Positions 8,371 to 16,441 of a DNA stretch of 26,977 nt are shown here, piece after piece (position 1 is the stretch's first letter; every line of letters starts with the position of its first letter). Made by a program: the position numbers and the translations under genes. The stretch comes from an uncultured bacterium. Its GTDB lineage: Bacteria > Spirochaetota > Brevinematia > DTOW01. The notes under the pieces are model-generated. The model saw only the letters and a list, made by a program, of their open reading frames with translations. It made no database searches and had not been told where the DNA came from. The stretch spans positions 1-26,977 of the forward strand of contig CALFVP010000136.1 in assembly GCA_937928175.1 (NCBI GenBank), written 5' to 3'.

Positions 8371-9222
8371 TCAATCACTTAAAGAAACTATAATTCTAGC
8401 TAAATCCTCAGGTATTTCTATAGGTGTCATATGACCAGAACCAAAAAGAATATGCACAGGCTTTTTAAAAAGCTGTGAAAATTTGTATTGAACTTGTATG
8501 GGTACAAGTTTATCATTATCCGAATAAACTATCTCGATATCTGGTAACTCACTCCTATCTATATCTTCAACAAAAACATCAAACAAATTTTTAGTTATTC
8601 TTAAAGCGCAAATCTTATTCCTAAGTGACTCAAAATGTATAGAAGTGTACTCTAAAAGGTAATTAGCTATATTTTCTTTAACCTTGTCAGATATAGGTAA
8701 TAAGAATAAAAACTCTTTAAGGTAAAACTTTATAAACAGAGGTACAGTAAAAAAACCAATCAAAAACCTAATAGGTTTGAAAAATGCAATTTTCAGTATA
8801 ACATTCAAACTTTTCCAAAACTCGTAGGTACCTATAGAGTTAACTAGTATTACTTTACTTACTATTGTTTTTGAAATTTTATACAGTTTATTAGCCAAGA
8901 ATAGAGAAATTTTACCACCAGTTGAATGCCCAACTATAGTAACATTTCTAAGGTTTAGTGTGATTATAAGTCTAGAGATTATATACACATTTTCATAAGT
9001 ATCAAATCTTAACTTAAGAGACCTCGAACTTTGTCCATGTCCCAACATATCAACAGCTATAATTCTATACTTCCTCTTATCGATATTATTTATAACAGGT
9101 ATCCAAGATTCTTTGGAAGTTAACCACCCATGTATAAAAATCAAAACTTTACTACCTCTCCCAATATCAAAGTAAGATATATACCTACTATCATCTATCT
9201 TAAAAAACTTTGTCTCAAACAT
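8371..9222 (-). CDS. Alpha/beta-fold hydrolase (Ser-Asp-His, esterase/lipase-like)
   Basis: FIHGW, AVDMLGHGQS, nucleophile elbow GHSTGG, candidate acid in SDNDKLVP, candidate His in GSGHMTP. Confidence 0.9.
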   Translation of the reverse strand: MFETKFFKIDDSRYISYFDIGRGSKVLIFIHGWLTSKESWIPVINNIDKRKYRIIAVDMLGHGQSSRSLKLRFDTYENVYIISRLIITLNLRNVTIVGHSTGGKISLFLANKLYKISKTIVSKVILVNSIGTYEFWKSLNVILKIAFFKPIRFLIGFFTVPLFIKFYLKEFLFLLPISDKVKENIANYLLEYTSIHFESLRNKICALRITKNLFDVFVEDIDRSELPDIEIVYSDNDKLVPIQVQYKFSQLFKKPVHILFGSGHMTPIEIPEDLARIIVSLSD

Positions 9223-9226
9223 ACCC

Positions 9227-10615
9227 CTACCCTACCTTTTTGTTTTTCCTATCCTTTTCTCTAACTAAAATCTTTATTGGTACACCACCAAAATCAAAAA
9301 TTTCGGTTATTTTCTTTTTCAACAGATTTTCAAAATTCTTCCTAAAGTTCTCAATCTTATTAACAAAAACAATAAAAGTTGGTGGTTTAATATCAACTTG
9401 GGTTAAATAGTAAATTCTAAGCTTTGTCGAAACATCACCACTAAATAAATTAGGAATGTTATCCCTAATCTTTCTATTAAGTACACCAGTAGATATTCTT
9501 TTAGATGCTCTTTGAAAAACTTTAAAACATTCCTTAATTAAATTGTCAATATTATAATTCTCTTTACCCGAAACTAAGACAATAGGAGCATTGTAAATAC
9601 CTTCAAACATTCTTGAGAAAAAATCACTAAACGCCAGTAAATACTTTTTCATTTCATTCGGATCAAAAAGTTTATCTTTACCAACAACTAAATCCCATTT
9701 ATTAACAGCAACAACAAAAGGTTTAAAGTTTTCTGTAACTACCTTCAAAACCTTTTTATCCTGTTTTGTAATACCTTCTTTACCATCTATAACAACAATA
9801 ACAACATCAGAAGACCTAATAGCATTTTCAGTTCTTTCAATACCAAACCTTTCTATAATTCCAGATTTAAATATACTCCTTCTAAAGCCAGCAGTATCAG
9901 TAATCCTAACAACATTTTCACCAAATTCAAAAAAATCATCAACACTATCTATAGTAGTCCCAGGTTTATCATCTACCAAAACCCTTTCAGTACCTAATAT
10001 AGCATTCATTATGGTAGATTTACCAACGTTTATCCTACCAACAATACCTATTTTAATTTCATTTCTACTTGGAAAACTTTCTTCAAAATAACTAGAATCA
10101 CTACCCAAAAGAAAAGATTCTATGCTATTAAGTAAGTTACTAAAACCATACTTAGTTTTTGAAGATACAAAAATTATATCTTTAAAACCCAACCTATAAA
10201 CATCATCAACAACGAGAAGTTCTTGGTGTGCTGTATCAACTTTAGTAACAACTAACTTAACTTTGTTTTCAAATTTTCTAAGCATAGAAGATAATTCATA
10301 ATCTAAGTAAGAAACGTTATTGTACTCAACAGTAAAGATAACAAGATGAGAGTTTAAAATAGCTTCTTGAAGTAAAAATCTAATCCTATCAGTAAGCTTT
10401 GAAGGAATAGAAGAGTTCGTTTTATCAACCATAAATCCACCGGTATCCTGTAAAATAAACTTAACCTTACCAATTTCTACAATCTCTCTATTTATGTCAA
10501 TGGTAGTTCCAGGTTTATCAAAAACTATAGCCTTACCTCTACCAACAATAGCATTAAAAAGAGATGATTTACCAGTATTGGGTCTACCAACTATTGAAAC
10601 TACTTTCAACTTCAT
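9227..10615 (-). CDS. der: Ribosome biogenesis GTPase Der (EngA)
   Basis: Two tandem G domains (GRPNTGKS/DTGG; GRINVGKS/DTAG/NKWD) plus a KH-like tail (KPPTFIVFVN...FGGVPIKI). Confidence 0.95.
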   Translation of the reverse strand: MKLKVVSIVGRPNTGKSSLFNAIVGRGKAIVFDKPGTTIDINREIVEIGKVKFILQDTGGFMVDKTNSSIPSKLTDRIRFLLQEAILNSHLVIFTVEYNNVSYLDYELSSMLRKFENKVKLVVTKVDTAHQELLVVDDVYRLGFKDIIFVSSKTKYGFSNLLNSIESFLLGSDSSYFEESFPSRNEIKIGIVGRINVGKSTIMNAILGTERVLVDDKPGTTIDSVDDFFEFGENVVRITDTAGFRRSIFKSGIIERFGIERTENAIRSSDVVIVVIDGKEGITKQDKKVLKVVTENFKPFVVAVNKWDLVVGKDKLFDPNEMKKYLLAFSDFFSRMFEGIYNAPIVLVSGKENYNIDNLIKECFKVFQRASKRISTGVLNRKIRDNIPNLFSGDVSTKLRIYYLTQVDIKPPTFIVFVNKIENFRKNFENLLKKKITEIFDFGGVPIKILVREKDRKNKKVG

Positions 10616-12195
10616 AGTTTTACTTTTAGCCCACCTGAAATGTAAAAAGGTTCAGAAATAACACTATCTTTTCTAACCTCAATCAAATTATTCAAAACGT
10701 TATCAGCTTTTAAAGTGATAGAAATATTCTTAATAACTTCCCACTCAATTTCTAAGTAAACAATTAAATAAGGTAAAATATCTTCGTTACCAAATTTACT
10801 ACTCTTAACGCTTTCACCCGAAGCTCCCAAAGATAAAGTAAAAGAACCAAATAAAAACTTAGAAGAAACCCCAACAGAATGAATAGAAACGTAAGGTATC
10901 ATAGGTAGAAACAAAGAAAATACATACTTCCCTTCAAAATTAAACCAATCAAACGATATAACATCTAAAATAACTTTTGAATACAAAGCATTAACGTTAT
11001 TAGTAGAATTTAAAACATAAACACCACCTAAATAGTCATCAAACACCTTATTTAGATAATAAGAATATCCCAAAAACAAATTAAGTAAACTATTTCCCAA
11101 AAAGAATAACTTAGAATTTAATTCAACTCCTACAACAGAATCACCTAAAGGTAAAGAATACATAAAATTCAATCCATTGTTTAAAAAATTAACATTAAAC
11201 CTTGTGTAATCTTTGAATATAGAAAGAAAAGTAATAAAACTATCGCTAAACTTGTATCCTAAACTAACCTTTGAAAACCACTCCATTGGCAAAAAAGTAT
11301 CGGGAACAATACCAACATCTAAACCAAACAACCAAGTATTTGCGTATACAGGAAACATAAAAGAAAACGAAACATCTCCGTAAACACCATTTGAAAACGT
11401 TTTTACATCCGTAAAACCAACAACATTAGCACCAAGACCAACCCCCATACTAAAGAAATTAAAACCTTCAATTCCATAAACGTAACCTAAATTAAGGTAA
11501 AAATCGTTAAAAGAAGTTTGATAACTGTAAAAAGATTTGTTTCTAATATTACCAAAATAATGGTTTAAATTCAATACAAAATTAAACGAAGAATCTTTAT
11601 CTATTCTATACCTTAACTTGGAATCAAAAGAAACAGTTCTACTCTTTTCATCAACGTAATTGGAATTATTCCACAAACCTCTAAACTCTTCATAAAAATC
11701 AAAAACAACATTCCAAAAAACGTAAGAAGAAGATACCCCAACGGAAACACCAGCAAGATCCAAATCCCTAAACGTATTCAAGTAAAAAATAGGTACATCG
11801 TAGTAAAAAACAACATCAGATCTCTTAAACCTACTAAACTTTACAACAGCACTAACACCAATATTTTCAACAGGTACTTGACTAAACCCCACAACAGAAA
11901 AATTCAAAATATCATTCATACCATAAGAGAAAAAAGATAATATTTTTGACCTAATTTCTCGAGAAAATTCTCTTTGAGCTTCCTCCTCAAGCATTTTGAA
12001 ATCTTTTATAGAACGATACTCATAAACTGACTTCTTTTGCTCTTTAGAAGGTACATTAACATCTCTCTTTTCAAAAACTGGAGAAACCGCACCCTCAGTA
12101 AAAAACTCCGTCTGTGGCAAAATAACCTCATTCGTATCTTCTCCAAAAATATACCCACAAAAAACAAAAACAAAAACAACCAAAAACCTTAACAT
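10612..12195 (-). CDS. Putative outer-membrane beta-barrel protein, TonB-dependent-receptor-like C-terminus
   Basis: Signal peptide (MLRFLVVFVFVFCGYIFG); many alternating amphipathic aromatic-rich strands; C-terminus ITLKADNVLN...EPFYISGGLKVKL; ATGA overlap with der. Confidence 0.7.
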   Translation of the reverse strand: MLRFLVVFVFVFCGYIFGEDTNEVILPQTEFFTEGAVSPVFEKRDVNVPSKEQKKSVYEYRSIKDFKMLEEEAQREFSREIRSKILSFFSYGMNDILNFSVVGFSQVPVENIGVSAVVKFSRFKRSDVVFYYDVPIFYLNTFRDLDLAGVSVGVSSSYVFWNVVFDFYEEFRGLWNNSNYVDEKSRTVSFDSKLRYRIDKDSSFNFVLNLNHYFGNIRNKSFYSYQTSFNDFYLNLGYVYGIEGFNFFSMGVGLGANVVGFTDVKTFSNGVYGDVSFSFMFPVYANTWLFGLDVGIVPDTFLPMEWFSKVSLGYKFSDSFITFLSIFKDYTRFNVNFLNNGLNFMYSLPLGDSVVGVELNSKLFFLGNSLLNLFLGYSYYLNKVFDDYLGGVYVLNSTNNVNALYSKVILDVISFDWFNFEGKYVFSLFLPMIPYVSIHSVGVSSKFLFGSFTLSLGASGESVKSSKFGNEDILPYLIVYLEIEWEVIKNISITLKADNVLNNLIEVRKDSVISEPFYISGGLKVKL

Positions 12196-12248
12196 ATATA
12201 AAATGATGAAAATACCAACTAAACGTATTCAACATTCCCAAAAAAGAA

Positions 12249-12485
12249 TTATTTTATCTTAATTATAACAAGATTTTGGGATAAAGTTACATCGTCAATC
12301 CTAAAATTCGAGTTATCAAAAACATCTCTAAATTCTTCAATAAATTCATCAACGTTACCCGTTATAACAATATCGTAATCAATGTATCCTTCAGATATAC
12401 CTTTCCTTTTTTTCATCTTTACACTAGAAACGTAATCCAACATTTTCGAAACTTCTTTCTCAACTAAAACATTCTTAATACCCAT
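12249..12485 (-). CDS. Small hypothetical protein (78 aa)
   Basis: Fills the gap between the barrel gene and the divergent 883-aa gene; minus-strand-type codon usage; no recognisable family. Confidence 0.6.
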   Translation of the reverse strand: MGIKNVLVEKEVSKMLDYVSSVKMKKRKGISEGYIDYDIVITGNVDEFIEEFRDVFDNSNFRIDDVTLSQNLVIIKIK

Positions 12486-12560
12486 TAGCTTAAGTGATAT
12501 TGTAGTAAAATAATTCTCAAAATTTTACTTCAAATGACGTTTAAATTATTATATTAATGT

Positions 12561-15212
12561 ATGAACCTAAAACAAGTTTTTATAAAACAAGTTTTTATAA
12601 AACGAGTTTTTCCAAAACAAGTTTTTCCAAAACTTCAAGTAATATTATTGATAATTTTTATTTCCTCCACTTGTTTTTCACAAATAACAGACACCTTAAT
12701 TTTTCAAGTCAACGATTATATAAAATCTTCTGCCCCTTTTCTAAACGGTTTCGTTTTTTCCACACCTAGAAAACTATACTACATAGATGCATTTTCAAAA
12801 AAACTATCTGAATTAAACATCGATACAAAATCAAAAGACACTCTAATAATATCTCTATGTTCATACTCAAACTATCTTTTTGTAGCTACAACTAAAGGAA
12901 TATTAGTAATGAATAACAACTTTTCAGTAATTTACGAAATAAACGAAAAGGACGGATTAAAAGATTTAAATATAACCTCCATGTACGCAGACAAAAACAC
13001 ACTATACATAGGTACAAGATTTCGGGGAATATACACTTTTAACTACGTACAAAAAATACTTGATAAACAACAAATAGACGTTATTAAAGGATTGGTGGAC
13101 AACTATATAAGAGACATTAAGATTTTATCATTTGATAAAGTAATATCAAGTTTTAACGGATTTTCAACATTTGATTACGTATCTTTACTTTACATTGGTT
13201 ATTCATCAAAAGAATACCCAATACTATCAGGTACCATACAATCAATATTACCTTTTGGTGATACAATATTTATTGGTACATCCTTAGGACTTATAAGATT
13301 TGACAGAAAAACCGAACAAATCCAAAAACTAAGTTTTAGCTCTGCAGTATTCTCAATGGAAATAATAGGTAAAACATTGATACTAGCAACATACGAAGGA
13401 ATAGTATTCTTTGATATAGAAACTGGAAATTATGAAATACCAACAAAAGAAATTCTGAGAGAACCAGTAGCAAGCACTGTATCAGTAAACGGTAATAAAA
13501 TATTTGTAGGATTTGACAACAAAAAAGGCACATTTTCTATACTAGAGTATCAAAAACCATTCCTAAAAATACAAAACATAAAATATACATCAAAAGATAA
13601 GGTATTAATACAACTGTACGGAAACAATATTTCATCAATCAAGAAAATAGACTTATCATTAAATTCGCTAAACATAACAAAAAGTTATTCACCTAAGCCA
13701 GAAATAAAAATTTTTAAAGACAATGTAGAATTATCTTTTAGTATCACTAATTTTCATGATGATACTTATCTAATAAACATTGATTACTTTTACGAAAATA
13801 AAAAAGAAACAGTAAAAGATATTTTTGTGGTTAAAACAAAAATATCTGGAATATCATTTAACCCTGTACCTTTGTTTATTAATCAAAGTAAAATCAACAT
13901 CATTGGTAAAATACCATCACTAACTATAAGCGAAATAAACGTAACTGTAAATGGTAGAGAAAGTACCCCAATCATAGAAAAAAGTCAAGATAACGTTGTA
14001 ATACCTTTAACATTGTCAGAAGGTACAAACGATATTAAAGTAATCCTAAAAGATTTCTTTAACAACCTGGCAACTAACTCCTTTACAGTAATCGTAGATA
14101 CTACTTCACCAACAATAATATCAGTAGAAGGTAACAAAATTATAGAAAAAGATAACTTATTTTCAGTTAAGATAATAGAACCATTTATAGAAAAAATTGC
14201 ATTCTCCGAAAGCATTAAAATTTCCAAGGAAGAAAGTATAAAAGATGGTAAAGAAATATTTTTCCCTGTTCCAAACAGAAACATAAAAACTCTAAAAGTA
14301 ATAGCGTACGACAAGGCTGGAAACGTAAGTAGTAAAGATTTCGAACTGGTATTCTCGGAAACTACTTCAGATATACTAATATCTCAGACACCAGAAACAA
14401 CAGAAAACCAAAATTTCAAACTTGATCTCAAATTCAAAGGCAAATTTAAAAGGGTAACGATATACCATCAAGGAATTCCAATACTTTCATCCGATAACAT
14501 ACCTGAAAAATTATCAACAAACGTACAACTTCAACCAGGTAAAAATATAATAAGAATAGAAGGAATACCTAACGAAGGTAACATAATAAACAAATCAATA
14601 CTAACCGAATACATAACTAAAACTAAGTTAGCAGAATCAACAGAAAAATATCCACTGACTACACTACCAATAAACACTGAAATAGAGAGATTAAAAAGAG
14701 AAAACGAAGAACTTAAAAGGAAAATAGAAGAATTAGAAAATGCTATAAAAAAACTTTCTCAAGGTAAAACAATTGAAACTACTTTGCCAAAAGTAATAAC
14801 AGTATCAATTGAATCTATACCGTCTCTTATAAAAGTACCTTACTCACCTGATGTTGACAATTTTTCAAAAATATCAAAGAAATTATATGGATCTGAGAGT
14901 TTTTCTGTATACTTTTACTACCTTTTCAAAGACACTAAAATATCAAAATTAATATCTGAAAAAGGTTATATAATAGCCCCAAACAAAAAATTGATGGAAG
15001 AGGCTATAAAAACAAGAGATATTTCAATTTTTTCATTGTTATCTGCAATAATAGAGTGGGAAATATCAAAAGAGCTAAACACACCTAAAAACCTATCAAC
15101 CATAGCAACCGAACTTAACGTTAAATATTCTGGCAATACTTTAAAATCCGAAAAAGGATTAATGCTATCATTCTATAAAAAAGAAAACAACATAGTTGTA
15201 AATATTAAATAA
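12561..15212 (+). CDS. Large exported protein: beta-propeller + Ig-like repeats + coiled coil + LysM-like C-terminal region
   Basis: Signal peptide; Reg_prop-like blades (DGLKDLNITSMYADKNTLYIGT, GLVDNYIRDI, TIQSILPFGDTIFIGTSLGL); Ig motifs (LSEGTNDIKV..D..NN..T.SFTVIVDTTSPTI, AYDKAGN, LQPGKNIIRI); EIERLKRENEELKRKIEELE; DNFSKISKKLYGS. Confidence 0.7.
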   Translation: MNLKQVFIKQVFIKRVFPKQVFPKLQVILLIIFISSTCFSQITDTLIFQVNDYIKSSAPFLNGFVFSTPRKLYYIDAFSKKLSELNIDTKSKDTLIISLCSYSNYLFVATTKGILVMNNNFSVIYEINEKDGLKDLNITSMYADKNTLYIGTRFRGIYTFNYVQKILDKQQIDVIKGLVDNYIRDIKILSFDKVISSFNGFSTFDYVSLLYIGYSSKEYPILSGTIQSILPFGDTIFIGTSLGLIRFDRKTEQIQKLSFSSAVFSMEIIGKTLILATYEGIVFFDIETGNYEIPTKEILREPVASTVSVNGNKIFVGFDNKKGTFSILEYQKPFLKIQNIKYTSKDKVLIQLYGNNISSIKKIDLSLNSLNITKSYSPKPEIKIFKDNVELSFSITNFHDDTYLINIDYFYENKKETVKDIFVVKTKISGISFNPVPLFINQSKINIIGKIPSLTISEINVTVNGRESTPIIEKSQDNVVIPLTLSEGTNDIKVILKDFFNNLATNSFTVIVDTTSPTIISVEGNKIIEKDNLFSVKIIEPFIEKIAFSESIKISKEESIKDGKEIFFPVPNRNIKTLKVIAYDKAGNVSSKDFELVFSETTSDILISQTPETTENQNFKLDLKFKGKFKRVTIYHQGIPILSSDNIPEKLSTNVQLQPGKNIIRIEGIPNEGNIINKSILTEYITKTKLAESTEKYPLTTLPINTEIERLKRENEELKRKIEELENAIKKLSQGKTIETTLPKVITVSIESIPSLIKVPYSPDVDNFSKISKKLYGSESFSVYFYYLFKDTKISKLISEKGYIIAPNKKLMEEAIKTRDISIFSLLSAIIEWEISKELNTPKNLSTIATELNVKYSGNTLKSEKGLMLSFYKKENNIVVNIK
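12569..12628. repeat. Tandem array of four 15-bp units, each containing a 12-bp hyphenated palindrome (AAAAC-RA-GTTTT), in frame within a signal-peptide n-region
   Basis: aaaacaagtttt-tat / aaaacaagtttt-tat / aaaacgagtttt-tcc / aaaacaagtttt-tcc, encoding KQVFI KQVFI KRVFP KQVFP. Confidence 0.95.
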
Positions 15213-15271
15213 AACGTTTACATTCTTCAAATCTGTTACCGTTTAGTAAGAAAGATACACTTTTTATAAAC

Positions 15272-15300
15272 TTGAAAAATGTAAAAGAAAATTTTATATT
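15272..15300 (+). promoter_or_regulatory. ssrA promoter
   Basis: TTGAAA(15272-15277)-N17-TATATT(15295-15300), 11 nt before the mature tmRNA 5' end. Confidence 0.7.
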
Positions 15301-15311
15301 TTTTATGGCAA

Positions 15312-15649
15312 GGGGGCGAAATTGGGCTCGACGGGGTCATGTTGCTCCTAGAAATCATGCCGTCATCCCGCGTTAAGGGAAAAACAAAAATAAGTGCCAA
15401 CGAAGAACTCGCTCTTGCAGCTTAATGTCTGCAAGCCTTAACTTGCTGATTCCCCTTCTAGGCAAGTTAAGGGTGGAAGAAGGGGTAGGGTACCTTGACA
15501 CCTCTAAAGGTACCTGAAAACTAAGAGGTGTAGGGTATACCAGAGGTGCTTATCCCTTGGGTATACCTGAAAGCTAAAGATAAGCTAAGCATGTACAAAT
15601 TTCTAGGTGTAACGATTCCCGGACAGGGGTTCGAATCCCCTCGCCTCCA
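15312..15649 (+). ncRNA. ssrA: tmRNA (transfer-messenger RNA), one-piece, CCA not encoded
   Basis: 5' GGGGGCG pairs with 3' CGCCTCC-A including the G3.U pair; GGGCTCGACGGGG D-loop region; T arm AGGGGTTCGAATCCCCT; resume motif AATAAGTGCC; four pseudoknot regions. Confidence 0.98.
15396..15425 (+). other. tmRNA tag reading frame: (A)ANEELALAA*
   Basis: gcc aac gaa gaa ctc gct ctt gca gct taa, with a typical ALAA degron. Confidence 0.95.
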
Positions 15650-15652
15650 AAG

Positions 15653-16420
15653 TCAAACTCTCTTTTCTATGTAAGCGTAAGCGTTAAACGGATGAATACT
15701 CTCAAAACTCTCTGCTTCAACACTGTACCAAGTAATCTTATCATTCTTATCTAACTCTAAAGCAATATCTCTAACAATATCTTCAACAAACTTAGGATTA
15801 TCGTAAGAACTCTCAGTAACAAACTTCTCATCTTCTCTTTTAAGAAGCACAAATACAGGTGAAGAGACATTTCTCTCTATAATATCAACCAACTCTTCAA
15901 TCCAAACAATACCCAACATCTTAACAGATACAGAAACTAAAACTCTCTGATTATGAGCATTGTAATTACTTATCTCCTTAGAACAAGGACATAAAGACAT
16001 TCCTAAAGCAGAAACAGTTAAAGTAAAATCATATTTTTCCTCGCAAACAGCATCAAAAGAAATATCATAATAGTTAAGACCATACTTGCGTGAAACCGGA
16101 GAAAATTTCTCAATAAAGTACGGGAATTTTAAAGATATTTCTGCTTTTCTAGACTTCAACTTCAATTTAAGATCTCTAAGTATAGGTTCAAGCCTCTCAA
16201 TTGAAATTTCTTTTCTATAACTGTTTATAACCTCAATAAACCTACTCATATGAGTACCCCTATAATCGTTTGGAAGAAAAACATACATATCTATTTCAGC
16301 TATAGTATGCTGTGTTTTATTATTCTTGTCCAGAAGTACTATAGGATATCTAAGTCCTTTGATACCAACTTTATCAATGTCTTTACCTCTACTGTCCATC
16401 TCAGATTGAAGATCTCTCAT
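15653..16420 (-). CDS. folE2: GTP cyclohydrolase IB (FolE2)
   Basis: IDKVGIKGLRYPI, RGTHMSRF, SLCPCSKEIS.YNAHNQR, LKREDEKFVTE, NPKFVEDIVRD, ESIHPFNAYA; SD AGGAG. Confidence 0.97.
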   Translation of the reverse strand: MRDLQSEMDSRGKDIDKVGIKGLRYPIVLLDKNNKTQHTIAEIDMYVFLPNDYRGTHMSRFIEVINSYRKEISIERLEPILRDLKLKLKSRKAEISLKFPYFIEKFSPVSRKYGLNYYDISFDAVCEEKYDFTLTVSALGMSLCPCSKEISNYNAHNQRVLVSVSVKMLGIVWIEELVDIIERNVSSPVFVLLKREDEKFVTESSYDNPKFVEDIVRDIALELDKNDKITWYSVEAESFESIHPFNAYAYIEKRV

Positions 16421-16441
16421 AAAAACTCCTAAAAACTACCA

